Of a stretch of DNA of 64,000 nt, positions 1 to 10,102 are shown piece by piece. How positions within the stretch are numbered: position 1 is the first letter of the stretch; each line of letters starts with the position of its first letter. Source of the stretch: an uncultured delta proteobacterium (GTDB lineage Bacteria > Myxococcota_A > Polyangia > Polyangiales > Polyangiaceae); NCBI GenBank assembly GCA_963716725.1, contig CAVQUB010000002.1:384001-448000 (forward strand), given 5' to 3'. The position numbers were made by a program, and so were the translations under genes. Below the pieces are notes generated by a model. That model searched no databases. It was not told where the DNA came from and saw nothing but the letters and a program-made list of their open reading frames with translations.

Positions 1-616
1 CGAGAACCTGGACGTGAAGATCGCACTGTTCAAGTCGGCGGACGCCAAGATGCGCCCCAACGCGATCTTGGCCTCCAACACCTCGAGCATCAGCATCACG
101 CGGCTCGCCGGGCAGACCTCACGTCCCGATCGGGTCATCGGCATGCACTTCATGAACCCAGTGCCGCTGATGAAACTGGTGGAGCTCGTGCGGGGCGTGC
201 AGACCAGCGACGAGACCTACGCGGTGATCCGGGACCTGAGCGAGGCCCTCGGCAAGAGCGTCATCACCAGCAAGGACCAGCCGGGCTTCGTGGTCAACCG
301 CATGCTCGTGCCCTTCCTGAACGAGGCGTGCTTCGTGCTGCAAGAGGGCTTGGGCACACCCGAGGACATCGACCTGGGAGCCAAGCTCGGCCTGAACCAT
401 CCGATGGGCCCTCTGGAGCTCGCCGATCTGATTGGGCTCGACACGCTGCTCTTCATCGCCGAGGTGTTGCATCGCGAGTTCGGCGACGACAAATACCGTC
501 CGGCGACCCTGCTCAGAAACCTGGTCGCCGCCGGGTGGTACGGCCGGAAGGTCGGGCGAGGGTTCTACGTGTACGACGACAAGGGCCAGAAGAGCGGCCG
601 CGCATTCGAGAGGTGA
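1..616 (+). CDS. hbd: 3-hydroxyacyl-CoA (3-hydroxybutyryl-CoA) dehydrogenase, 5'-truncated by window edge
   Basis: ASNTSSISI, GMHFMNPVP, PGFVVNR and NHPMGPLELADLIGLD motifs; frame open from the window start. Confidence 0.92.
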   Translation, partial: ENLDVKIALFKSADAKMRPNAILASNTSSISITRLAGQTSRPDRVIGMHFMNPVPLMKLVELVRGVQTSDETYAVIRDLSEALGKSVITSKDQPGFVVNRMLVPFLNEACFVLQEGLGTPEDIDLGAKLGLNHPMGPLELADLIGLDTLLFIAEVLHREFGDDKYRPATLLRNLVAAGWYGRKVGRGFYVYDDKGQKSGRAFER

Positions 617-619
617 GTC

Positions 620-1408
620 ATGCCGAATTACGAAACCATCACGCTGGAAGTCGCCGACGGCATCGCGACGGTGACCGTCAACCGGCCGGACAAGCTCAAC
701 GCTCTGAACGCCAAGGTGCTCGCCGAGCTCACCGCAGCCTTCGTCGCGCTCTCGGAGGCCGAGCCCAGGATCCGCGTCGCGATCCTGACGGGCGCCGGAG
801 ACAAAGCCTTCGTGGCGGGAGCGGACATCAGCGAGATGTCGGAGCTGAGCGCAGCGCAGGCCAAGGTTTTCAGCGACTCCGGGCACCGGCTGGGACTGGT
901 GATCGAGTCCGCGGCGTTTCCCGTCATCGCAGCCGTCAACGGCTTTGCGCTCGGCGGCGGCTGCGAGCTCGCCATGTGCTGTGACTTCATCTACGCCTCC
1001 GACAAGGCACGCTTTGGTCAGCCCGAGGTGAACCTCGGGCTCATGCCCGGGTTCGGCGGCACGCAGCGGCTGTCGCGGCGCGTGGGTCTGACGCGGGCGC
1101 GCGAGCTGGTCTACACGGGCGATCCGATCCCTGCGGAGCGAGCCCTCGCCCTGGGGCTGGTCAACGAAGTCGTCCCCCACGCCGAGCTGATGACGAAGGC
1201 GCGGGAAGTCGCCCAGAAGATCGCCGCCAAGGCGCCCCTCGCCATCGCCTCCTGCAAGCGCGTCATGGCGCGGGGCTTCGACGCCGATCTCTCGGTCGCC
1301 AACGAGCTCGAGGCCACGGCGTTCTCGGCGCTCTTCGATACGGAAGACATGCGGGAGGGCACCCGGGCCTTCATGGCTCGCCGCCCCGCCCAGTTCACGG
1401 GGCGATGA
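620..1408 (+). CDS. enoyl-CoA hydratase (crotonase family)
   Basis: NRPDKLNAL, AFVAGADI, VNGFALGGGCELA and FGQPEVNLG motifs; starts 3 nt after hbd. Confidence 0.93.
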   Translation: MPNYETITLEVADGIATVTVNRPDKLNALNAKVLAELTAAFVALSEAEPRIRVAILTGAGDKAFVAGADISEMSELSAAQAKVFSDSGHRLGLVIESAAFPVIAAVNGFALGGGCELAMCCDFIYASDKARFGQPEVNLGLMPGFGGTQRLSRRVGLTRARELVYTGDPIPAERALALGLVNEVVPHAELMTKAREVAQKIAAKAPLAIASCKRVMARGFDADLSVANELEATAFSALFDTEDMREGTRAFMARRPAQFTGR

Positions 1409-3249
1409 CCGCGATCCTGCCCCGGACCTTGTCGCCAGCGCTCCTCGCGCTGGCCCTGTTGCCGGGCTGCGACGGCTGCGGCAGAGCCAAGCCCTACACC
1501 CCCTTCGGCGTCGCGAGTACGCCTGCCAGCGCAGCGACCGAGCCCGATGCTGCTCCGGCGGGCGAAGCGGATAGCGGACCGCCCCCAAAGTTCGTCGTGC
1601 GCGATTCGATCGCCGCGCCGAGCCGCGCGACGCGTTGGAGCTTCGACGGCCGCCAGATCACCGCGCCGCCCGGCCGGATCTTCGAGCGCGGGCTCGCCGC
1701 CGATTTCGACGGCGACGGCAGCCGCGAGATCGTTGCGTGGACTCTGCCCGAGGGCGCGTCGAATCCGACCTCACCGGGTCAGCTCTGGCTCTTTCCAGCG
1801 GCGGGCGAGGCCAAGAGCCTGCTCGAGCTCCCGGGCTTCGTGCCCACGGGACCGGCCTGCACCCGCTCGACCAGCTTGCAGCACACTGGCCCCAAGAGCG
1901 TCACGCTCGACGTGACGGCGACCTGCACCACGGTGCTCCTCTCGCGGGCGCCAACGCGCAGCCTCTCGGTCATCGCGCCCATGTCCGATCGCCCCGTGGT
2001 GGTCACGCTGCGGGTGGCAGCCGCAGCACCGGGGGAGCCCTTCAGCTTGGACCTGGACTCCACCGACCGCGATGGCGACGGGAGGGACGACGTGCGCCTG
2101 GTGGTGAATCAGAAGCCCATCTGCCGCGGCGGCTCCGGGACGGTCCCGGGCGCCTGCGTCACGGACAAGGAGGACAGGACCGCGAGCGCGCAGGTCATCT
2201 GGTTCGACCGCCCGGCAGGCCTGTCGCGCGACGCCATGGAGCCCGCGCAGTCCCTGGGCGCCCTGGCGGCAGCGGAGCTCGGTCGTTCAAAGCGCAAGCA
2301 GAGCACCGCGCAGGTCCACCGCGGAGTCGCGCAGCTGCGCCGCTTGATGGGCACGCTCTGCGCCGAGGGCGCGACGGCGCGCATCTTGGACGCGGAGGGC
2401 AGCATGCTGCGGTGCGCGCCCATCGCCGCCATCGTGGATCGCCTCCTGGTCGCGGAGGTTCAAGCCTCGCTCACCGACAAGGATCCGCTGCGAGCCCTCG
2501 CCGCCCTCGAGCGTGACGGCTGGTATTTCGCCCGCGCTGCCGACAAACGGCGGAGCGAGCTCGAAAAGTCGATCTTGGCGGGCGTCGGCCGAGTGGAACC
2601 AAAAGCAACCAACCACGCCCTCGACCTGCCACCTCGGGGCGCCACGCCGCGGATGAGCCCCCTGGCCTTCGAAGCCGACCGCAGTCTCTTGGTCCAGACT
2701 CGAAGCGGGCTCGTGCGCGTGACCGACGCGGGCACCACCGAGACCTTGGACGCGGACTCCGGCGTCGCCTCCTGGCCCCTGGATTTCGCAACCCGCTCGG
2801 GGCGACGCGTGCAGGGAGTCGTCTTCTCCTGCGATCGCTCGGACGCTCAGCTGCAACTGACCGGCGGCAGCGACGCTCCCGAGGCGCCCTCGGGGCTCCT
2901 GTCCCCGCGCCCCGGAGCCTGCGCCGGCGGCAAGCTGCCGGCGGCCACGCTGATCCCGCTCGGAGAGAAGGACGACCGACCCGCGATCCTGGTCGCGGGC
3001 GAGCCGCTCGGCCCGCGCATCACTCGCGCCGAGGCCGTGTTGCGTCCACGGGTGCTGGGCAGCCCGCGCTCACCCGACGGTCGTCATGCAGTCGTGCCCA
3101 CCTCGCGCGGCCTCTGGCTCGACGGCGGCGACCAACACGAACTCTGGCGCGTGGACGACGTCGCGGCCCTGACCGACTGCACGGTAGCCGATGGCGGGAA
3201 GGCGGTGGCCTGCGTGACCCCGACCGGAGTGCGTGTCTTCCGTCACTGA
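1405..3249 (+). CDS. hypothetical lipoprotein
   Basis: Lipobox-like LALLPGC; DFDGDG and DRDGDGRDD Ca-binding-like loops; ATGA overlap with the upstream gene. Confidence 0.75.
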   Translation: MTAILPRTLSPALLALALLPGCDGCGRAKPYTPFGVASTPASAATEPDAAPAGEADSGPPPKFVVRDSIAAPSRATRWSFDGRQITAPPGRIFERGLAADFDGDGSREIVAWTLPEGASNPTSPGQLWLFPAAGEAKSLLELPGFVPTGPACTRSTSLQHTGPKSVTLDVTATCTTVLLSRAPTRSLSVIAPMSDRPVVVTLRVAAAAPGEPFSLDLDSTDRDGDGRDDVRLVVNQKPICRGGSGTVPGACVTDKEDRTASAQVIWFDRPAGLSRDAMEPAQSLGALAAAELGRSKRKQSTAQVHRGVAQLRRLMGTLCAEGATARILDAEGSMLRCAPIAAIVDRLLVAEVQASLTDKDPLRALAALERDGWYFARAADKRRSELEKSILAGVGRVEPKATNHALDLPPRGATPRMSPLAFEADRSLLVQTRSGLVRVTDAGTTETLDADSGVASWPLDFATRSGRRVQGVVFSCDRSDAQLQLTGGSDAPEAPSGLLSPRPGACAGGKLPAATLIPLGEKDDRPAILVAGEPLGPRITRAEAVLRPRVLGSPRSPDGRHAVVPTSRGLWLDGGDQHELWRVDDVAALTDCTVADGGKAVACVTPTGVRVFRH

Positions 3250-3275
3250 GTGAGCGCGGCGACGCTCGAGCTCGA

Positions 3276-3845
3276 TCAGGACGACGGCGCCTTGGCGCGC
3301 TCGAGGTAACTCCGGGTTCGAGTGTCGACTTTGATCCACTCGCCCTCGGTGATGAACAGCGGCACCGGGACCGTGGCGCCGGTGGAGATCTTCGCGGGCT
3401 TGTTCACGTTGGTCGCGGTGTCGCCCTTCACCCCCGGCTCGGTCTCGGTGACCTGCACCACGATGTGCGGAGGCAGCGAAATGCTGACCGGGTTCCCCTT
3501 GTAAATCGTGACCTGGACGTCGATGCCGTCGATCAAGAGATCGGCGGCGTCGCCCACCGCCTCTTTGGATACGGCGATCTGCTCACCGCTGTTGGCGTTC
3601 ATGAAATAGAACATGTCGCCATCGGGGTAGATGAACTGCACCGAGCGGTCTTCGACGTCCGCGGCCTCGAGCTTCTCGCTGGAGCGAATGTTCTTCTCGA
3701 TGGTGCTCCCCGTGAGCATGTTCTTCATCTTGGTCCGCGTGAAGGCCTGGCCCTTGCCCGGCTTCACGAACTGGAAATCCACGACGACGAATGGCTGCCC
3801 GTCCATCATCAACTTCAGGCCCTTGCGGATGTCGCTGGTATCCAT
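3276..3845 (-). CDS. efp: translation elongation factor P
   Basis: MDTSDIRKGLK start, FVKPGKGQAF, TEPGVKGDTA and VPLFITEGE..KVDTR motifs. Confidence 0.97.
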   Translation of the reverse strand: MDTSDIRKGLKLMMDGQPFVVVDFQFVKPGKGQAFTRTKMKNMLTGSTIEKNIRSSEKLEAADVEDRSVQFIYPDGDMFYFMNANSGEQIAVSKEAVGDAADLLIDGIDVQVTIYKGNPVSISLPPHIVVQVTETEPGVKGDTATNVNKPAKISTGATVPVPLFITEGEWIKVDTRTRSYLERAKAPSS

Positions 3846-4100
3846 GCTGCTCCAAGAACGCTCGCGAGCCGACGGGCCCGACTGCCCCACGTGGGCGGCT
3901 GGCTCTAGCGGGGTCTTCGCCCACCATCAAGGCAAAGCCGCAGCGACCGGACGATTGTGGCCGTTTTTCCCAGTCTGGCGACCGGTGGCCGCGGTCACGG
4001 CGCGCCCCTCGACTGGCACGGCGGGGCCGCCTCCGTGCGCGGGCGCCGCGACGCGAGCTTGCCCGGGAGCAGGTTCGGAGATACTCCGGAGCCCGCCCGG

Positions 4101-4955
4101 ATGGACGAGTACGAGCTGGAAGAGATCAAGCGCGAGATCGTGGAGATCCGCTCGCTCACCATCAAGACCAACAACCTCGTCAACGCGCTGGCCGCCGATC
4201 TCAAGAGCATCGCCAAGCGTCAGCACGGCCTCGAGCGACGGATCTGGGTCAATAGCTCGACGGCCTACGTGGTCACCGTCATCGTGCTCTTTCTGGGGTT
4301 GAAGCTGGCGTGGGACGCTCGCCTGGACGCCATCCGCGCCGAGACCAAGGGTTCACGGGAACGCATCGAGCAGCTCGAGAAGGAGCTCAAGGCGACCCAG
4401 TCGCGAGAAGAGACGACGCTCAGGGGTGGCCGGGCCGCGACCGAGTTCTACGACCTGATCGTCAACAACAAGCGGCGCGAGGTGGTCGAACGATTCGACG
4501 AAGTCTCCAAGCTGCCTTTGACGCACACCGAGCGCGCGGTCTTCGAGTCCGCAGTCGAAAGGGCGAAGAACGAACTCTCACTCATCGCTTATCAGACCGG
4601 TCTGGACCACGTACGGACCGGGCGCTGGCACGAAGCGACGCAGGCGTTGAAGGAGTCTCTCGGCCACAAGCCCGATGCCGCCCACAGCCCCCAGGCGAAG
4701 CTCCACCTGGCGCACGCGCTCCGCTCGCTCTCGCGGCAGCGCGAAGCCATCCCGATTCTGATGCAGATCTCCGAGGCCTCGGTGGACAAAGAGGTCATGG
4801 ACGAGGCGACGCTGCTTCTCGCAAACTGCCAGATCGACATTCAAGCCTGGAACGACGCCAAGAACACGCTGCGCTCCTTCGTTCGCCGCTTCCCCACCAG
4901 CCCACACATCAACGATGCCAAGACGAAGCTCGCCGAGCTGATGCTGCATCACTGA
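4101..4955 (+). CDS. membrane-anchored coiled-coil/TPR protein (CpoB/YbgF-like C-terminus)
   Basis: GGAG before ATG 4101; one TM segment (AYVVTVIVLFLGLKL); C-terminal TPR-like helices ending FVRRFPTSPH. Confidence 0.7.
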   Translation: MDEYELEEIKREIVEIRSLTIKTNNLVNALAADLKSIAKRQHGLERRIWVNSSTAYVVTVIVLFLGLKLAWDARLDAIRAETKGSRERIEQLEKELKATQSREETTLRGGRAATEFYDLIVNNKRREVVERFDEVSKLPLTHTERAVFESAVERAKNELSLIAYQTGLDHVRTGRWHEATQALKESLGHKPDAAHSPQAKLHLAHALRSLSRQREAIPILMQISEASVDKEVMDEATLLLANCQIDIQAWNDAKNTLRSFVRRFPTSPHINDAKTKLAELMLHH

Positions 4956-4975
4956 GCGCCTCGCGGCAGGGCGCT

Positions 4976-6157
4976 TCAGGGATCCGCCGGGAGCGCCACC
5001 AGTCTCGGGCCGTTCCACCACTTGTCAGCGGCGTTGTTCGGGCGCGGGCCCACCAGCACCAGCGCGTAGTTTTGTCCGTCTTTGACGCCGCTGAGTCCGC
5101 CCAGCGCCAGGGCATCTTTCCAGGTGCTGGTGTAAACCGGGACCGATGAGCCCTGGCTGCCCAGCTCCAGGAGCGACGCGCCGATGGGGCTGCCGAAGGC
5201 GGTGGCCGAGTAGTCGAGCAAGGGCGGCCGCGGCGAGATGGCGCCGAATGCCACGTCGTAGACCACCTGGATCTTGGGAATGGAGCTGCCCTGAGGGTAG
5301 CTCGACGCGAGGTCGATGGGATCGGCCGCGCGAGCGGCGTTGACGACCTGCAGCCCCATGGCGCCGGGCTTGACCACGCGCGAGAGCGGGACGAGCACCG
5401 GCGAGAGCGTCGGGGTCGAAGTCGTGTAGCCTGGACCGCAGGCCCAGGTCTCGAGCGGATCGGCGAAGGCCGCGCCGCCGATGCAGCCCGCCGCCGCCAA
5501 GAGCAGGCTGTAGCCGGTGGACAGCGTGCCCGCCGGCAAGACCGGAAGCTCCGCGGCGCGCAGCTTTGGTGGCGGGGGTAGCGGCGGCGAAGCATCATCG
5601 CTCGCGTCGCCGTCCACCGCCGAGTCGAGGACCGAAGCGTCGGCGTCAGCCGCGGCGCCGGCGTCGCTCGCCGCGTCGGAGTCGGGCAGCGCGAAGCTCG
5701 CGGCCAGCGCCACCGCCTCGACGCAGCTCTTGCCAGCGAGCAGCGAAAAGTCGCCGGCCACGATGATGGGCAGCAGATCGTCCTTGTCCCAGTCGACGCC
5801 ATCGAGCTTCGTCGCCACCAGCGAAGCGCCGAAGTCGAGACCACCCGCAGGCAGCGGGCCGCCCACCGGCGCGGTCGGGAGCCCGTCGACCACCTTGGCG
5901 AAACAGAAGGCGATGCGCGGCGAGTCGACGACGGCGTGCAGCAGCGTCAGCTTGCTCACCCCCGTCGGCTCGACGAACACGTCGGGCTCGACGTCGGCTG
6001 CGGCGTCGGGCTCGGCGTCCGCCCCCGCATCGGTCCCCGCTGCCCCACCCGTCGCGGGTGGGTCCTTCTTCTTCAGCGAATCGTGGTCGCTGCCGCAGGA
6101 AAGGGCCAAGGCCCCGAGCAGCGCCCAGCAGGCAGTGATCCGAAGGAGTTCGCGCAT
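4976..6157 (-). CDS. hypothetical lipoprotein (DUF4397-like beta domains)
   Basis: MRELLRITACWALLGALALSC lipobox; LTLLHAVVDSP and LQVVNAA repeats. Confidence 0.7.
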   Translation of the reverse strand: MRELLRITACWALLGALALSCGSDHDSLKKKDPPATGGAAGTDAGADAEPDAAADVEPDVFVEPTGVSKLTLLHAVVDSPRIAFCFAKVVDGLPTAPVGGPLPAGGLDFGASLVATKLDGVDWDKDDLLPIIVAGDFSLLAGKSCVEAVALAASFALPDSDAASDAGAAADADASVLDSAVDGDASDDASPPLPPPPKLRAAELPVLPAGTLSTGYSLLLAAAGCIGGAAFADPLETWACGPGYTTSTPTLSPVLVPLSRVVKPGAMGLQVVNAARAADPIDLASSYPQGSSIPKIQVVYDVAFGAISPRPPLLDYSATAFGSPIGASLLELGSQGSSVPVYTSTWKDALALGGLSGVKDGQNYALVLVGPRPNNAADKWWNGPRLVALPADP

Positions 6158-6189
6158 CGGCCCCTCAGGATAGCGCGAAAGGTCGGCGA

Positions 6190-7740
6190 TCAGGCGGCGC
6201 CGACAATCTTGGCGATCAGCGGGCCGTTGCCCTGCACGGCGGTCCGCTGCTGGTAGAGCCGCATGCCGCGCAGTCCGCCCAGCTCCTCGCCGCCACCCGC
6301 GCGTCCGGGTCCGCCGTGCACCAAGTCCGGAAGCACGGTGCCCGGCGGCACGCTCTTGTCGGCGACCTTCGCGTCCACCACCACCAGGCGGCCGTGCCAT
6401 GCAGCGAGCCCCTGCACCAGGTCGGCGAGGGCCTTGCGATCGTCACCGTATACGGACGCCACCAATCCCCCTTGTCCCGCCCGCACGATCTCGAGCGCCT
6501 GGGCGGTCGAGCCGTCGTAGGGCAGCAGCGTGGCCACGGGACCGAAGACCTCGTGCTCGTGGACCGAGCTCGCCGCGAGCGCGTCGTCGGCCTCGAGCAG
6601 GAGCAGCGGCACGAAGTAGCCCTTGCCAGCGGGGACTCCGATGGGATTGAGAGCGGCTGCATCTCCGAACACGACTCGGGTCTGGGCGCCGAGCTTGTCG
6701 ATGCCCGCGAGCACGTCGCGCTTCTGTGACGCGGTCGCGACCGGACCCATGCGCACTTCGTCGAGGGCGGGGTTGCCGATCTTGATCGTCGACAGCTGCT
6801 CCGAGAGCGCCTCGCGCACGCGGCCCAGCGAGCCCTCTGGCACGATGACGCGGCGGATGGCCGTGCACTTCTGCCCGGTCTTCTGGGTCATGTCGCGCGC
6901 CACGTCGCGAATGAAGGCCTGCACCGTCGCGTCTTCCGCGTCCGGCAAGAGCAGCGCCGAGTTGAGACTGTCCGCCTCGACGTTCACCCGCACCCCTTGG
7001 CTCAGCAAGCGCTCGTTCTTGCGGATGGTGAGGCCGGTGGAGCTGCCGCCGGTGAATGCCACGACATCGCTCCAGCTCAGGTGCCCGAGCAAGTCACCGA
7101 CAGAGCCGGACAAGAAGCTGAACGCGCCGGGCGGCATCGCGCCGGTGGCGACGCAAATCTCGGCCGTGCGGTGGGCGAGCAACGCGGTGGCCGTCGCCGG
7201 CTTGGTGAACACCGGCATGCCGGCCAGGAGCGCGCAGGCGGCCTTCTCTGCCCAGCCCCAAGCCGGGAAGTTGAAGGCCCCGATGTGAACCGCCACGCCC
7301 TGCTTGGGAGAAATCAGGTGGTGCCCCTGGAGCCGCGACCCCGCGATGTCGACGGGCTCTCCGTCCGTGAGCAGGTGTCGATCGCCGAGCTGCTTGCCCA
7401 GCGCTGCGTAGGACATCAGCGTCGCCGTCGCGCCGTCGATATCGAATTTCGCGTCGGAGCGGGTATTGCCGCCGTTGGCGATGCCGATCTCGATCAACGC
7501 GTCCCGTTCCGCGTGCAGCGCGCGGCTCAGCTTCTCGAGCAGCTCGCCCCGCTCGCGGAACGAGAGTCCGCGCAGCGCGGGTCCGCCCACGTCGCGGGCG
7601 TGCCCCAAGGCTCGTCCCAGATCCAAGCCCGCGCTCGACACGCCCGCCAGCAGCTCTTCGGTCGCCGGATTCACCAGCTCCGCGAGCTTGCCGTCGCCCG
7701 AAACCCAGGCGTCACCCAGGTAGCTGGGCAGAGATCTCAA
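6190..7740 (-). CDS. aldehyde dehydrogenase, BoxD-like / PaaZ ALDH-domain type, stand-alone
   Basis: NGGNTRSDAKFDIDG, AFNFPAWG, VNVEADSLN, KTGQKCTAIRR and HGGPGRAGGGEELGG motifs; no MaoC domain; TTG start overlaps the FKBP stop. Confidence 0.88.
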   Translation of the reverse strand: MRSLPSYLGDAWVSGDGKLAELVNPATEELLAGVSSAGLDLGRALGHARDVGGPALRGLSFRERGELLEKLSRALHAERDALIEIGIANGGNTRSDAKFDIDGATATLMSYAALGKQLGDRHLLTDGEPVDIAGSRLQGHHLISPKQGVAVHIGAFNFPAWGWAEKAACALLAGMPVFTKPATATALLAHRTAEICVATGAMPPGAFSFLSGSVGDLLGHLSWSDVVAFTGGSSTGLTIRKNERLLSQGVRVNVEADSLNSALLLPDAEDATVQAFIRDVARDMTQKTGQKCTAIRRVIVPEGSLGRVREALSEQLSTIKIGNPALDEVRMGPVATASQKRDVLAGIDKLGAQTRVVFGDAAALNPIGVPAGKGYFVPLLLLEADDALAASSVHEHEVFGPVATLLPYDGSTAQALEIVRAGQGGLVASVYGDDRKALADLVQGLAAWHGRLVVVDAKVADKSVPPGTVLPDLVHGGPGRAGGGEELGGLRGMRLYQQRTAVQGNGPLIAKIVGAA

Positions 7741-8689
7741 GGCGCCTTCCCCGCGATGCTGATCAGCTCGACGTCGAACACCAACGGACCGGCGGGCGCG
7801 CCGGGACGCATGGGTTTTTCGCCGTAGGCGAGCTCGGCGGGGATCCAGAAGCGCATGCGGTCACCCTCGACCATCAGCTGCACACCTTCGGTCCAGCCCT
7901 TGATCACGCCGCCCAGTGGGAAGGTCGTGGGCTCGCCCCGCTTGACCGAGCTGTCGAACTCCTTCCCGTCGGGGGTCCAGCCCGTGTAGTGAACGGTCAC
8001 GCGGTCGGTGGCCGCGGGCTTCTGCTTGCCCTTGCCCTTCGCGACCGACTTGTAGACTAGCCCGCTCGCGGTCTTCTTCGCGTCCTTCGGCGCCGCCTTC
8101 ACGTCGGCAGGAACCGGCCAAGGTTTCGGCGCAGCCATGATCTCGAGCAGCTCGACGTCGAAGGTGAGCTGGCCCGCGGGGATTCCATTGCCGCCTTCTC
8201 GCCGTAGGCGAGGTCGGCGGGGATCCACAGACGGCGCTTCTCACCCGCGACCATCAACTGCAGCGCCTCGGTCCAGCCCTTGATCACGCCGCCGACGCCG
8301 AAGGTCGCCGGTTCGTTCCGTGCCACCGAGCTGTCGAACATCTTTCCGTCTTTGGTCCAGCCCGTGTAGTGCACCTTCACGCGGTCTTCGAGCTTGGGTT
8401 TGTCTTTGCCCGTGCCCTTCGTGAGCAGCTTGGTGACCAGCCCCGACGTGGTCTTCTTCGCGTCCTTCGGCGGCTCGGCAACGTCCTCGGGAGCAGGCAC
8501 GCCCTTCGGCGCGGGGGGCAACACCGGTTTGGCGACCGTCGCGGGCGGTGCAGCGCTCACCGCAGCGGTCGGGTGCGCCGCGGCCGTCGCTGCGGGGGTG
8601 GTGGCCTCGGGCTCGGGCGGCGGCTGCTCGCAGGCGAGAACCAAGAGAGGCACGAGCAGGGCGGAGGAGACGAGGGGCTTTCGCGACAT
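7737..8689 (-). CDS. two-domain FKBP-type peptidyl-prolyl isomerase lipoprotein, with a frameshift near 8195
   Basis: Lipobox LLVLAC; two VxVHYTGW..DG..FDSS / VIKGWTE / LAYG domains split across two frames (AYGEK | GNGIPAGQLTFDVELL). Confidence 0.85.
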
Positions 8690-8769
8690 GGGACGCCGTT
8701 TTCCCCACGCCGGACCCGAGGCGCAAGGGCCTTGCGGCCCCCCCGGACAAACGCCCGGGTTTTTTTGGT

Positions 8770-9114
8770 TCAGCCGCAGCACTCGGGCGGACGGCTGCGG
8801 TCGCAGTGCTGGGAGAGCTTGACGCGCCATACCCGCTCGAAGCAGCGGTTCGTCTTGGTCTCGACCTGCAGGCCGCAGCCCTCGCTGGCGGAGAAGTCGT
8901 AGCTGTTTGCGCAAGCTCGGGCGGGCTCGTCGGGAACGGCCTCCGTGGCCGAACAGTACCGAGGCTCGCCGCACGCGCGACACGAACACAGACGAGAGTG
9001 CGAGATGCTCGAGCCCGGCTCGGGGGGCGGACGCGGACGGCCGGTCGCGGTGCTGCGGGGCAGATCGACGCACGACGGCAAGAGCGCGAGGCAGACCCAA
9101 AAGAAAGACCGCAT
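8770..9114 (-). CDS. small Cys-rich lipoprotein
   Basis: MRSFFWVCLALLPSC signal/lipobox; many Cys in the mature part. Confidence 0.6.
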   Translation of the reverse strand: MRSFFWVCLALLPSCVDLPRSTATGRPRPPPEPGSSISHSRLCSCRACGEPRYCSATEAVPDEPARACANSYDFSASEGCGLQVETKTNRCFERVWRVKLSQHCDRSRPPECCG

Positions 9115-9154
9115 GTTCCGCTGCGACACCCGACAGGCGCCTAGTCTTGGGCAC

Positions 9155-10102
9155 TCACGCCGCAAAACCGACGCGCACTACGGCGAGGGGGCGCTCGATT
9201 TCCGACAGGTCGCCATAGTCTTGGACGCCGCCATCCGGCACGAACGCGGCTACCACCCCGATCTCGCCACCAGCCTCGAAGGCTTGCATCACGATCCGAA
9301 CGACGTCACCGGCGAAGCTCGGCTTACGGTACGAGACCTCGGCGCGACGCGCGAGCCGGCGTGCGTCGCGTCCGAGCTGCACGAATCGTCGGAGCGCGGC
9401 CTCCTCGGCGAGGCGCGGGTACGCCAAGAAGTTCACATGTTGATTGCCGTCCGTGTGGCAGAGGCCGAACACGGTGGGCGCTGCGTCGACGCGCGGAGCC
9501 GGGTCGACGGGAGTAGCTCCGGCGGGGATCGCCAGCAGCGCGCGGGGATCGCGGTATTCGATCGTCACCACGGGCAGCTCCGCGAGCAGCGGATCGTCGA
9601 TTTGCGTCACGCGGTGCTGACCGGCCGGCGCGGCGGGGCGCGTGAAGACGTGCTGGCCGTAGGCCCGGGCGACCCGCACCCGCTCGGCACCCGCCGGATC
9701 CAGCGCCGGATTTCCCGGCACTCCCCGGGGGGCGCTCGAAACCAGCCAGGTGTCGAAGAGCACGCGGCTCGTCCGCCCGAACTCGTCGACGCTTCGGCCC
9801 AGCCGCCAGCGAACCTCCTGCTCGCAGAACGCGCGCACGCTCACCGGATCCTCGCCGCCCTCGAGCTGCACGTAAGTGAGCACGGCGCGCACGCCGTCGG
9901 CACCCAAACGCAAGAGCGCATCGGCGACAGCCATCTTGCCCCACAAGATCGGACCGATGGCGGGCCAGATGCCTTCCAGGCGCAGTCGTCCATCTTGCGC
10001 AACGTCCTCGAAACGCAGTCGCGTCTGGCCGTGCCCGATTTGTATTCCGCCGACGTCCGGCGGCTCCGGAAAGGTGATCCAGCTCATATTCACTTCTGAC
10101 AA
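9155..10102 (-). CDS. double hot-dog acyl-ACP/acyl-CoA thioesterase-like protein
   Basis: LRFEDVAQDGRL N-domain and HTDGNQHVNFLAY..AEE C-domain motifs. Confidence 0.7.
   Translation of the reverse strand: MSEVNMSWITFPEPPDVGGIQIGHGQTRLRFEDVAQDGRLRLEGIWPAIGPILWGKMAVADALLRLGADGVRAVLTYVQLEGGEDPVSVRAFCEQEVRWRLGRSVDEFGRTSRVLFDTWLVSSAPRGVPGNPALDPAGAERVRVARAYGQHVFTRPAAPAGQHRVTQIDDPLLAELPVVTIEYRDPRALLAIPAGATPVDPAPRVDAAPTVFGLCHTDGNQHVNFLAYPRLAEEAALRRFVQLGRDARRLARRAEVSYRKPSFAGDVVRIVMQAFEAGGEIGVVAAFVPDGGVQDYGDLSEIERPLAVVRVGFAA

Noticed and set aside
8740..8767. Hairpin plus T-tract as an intrinsic terminator
   Set aside because: The T-tract is on the + strand while the flanking genes are on the - strand, and the stem is short; function not supportable
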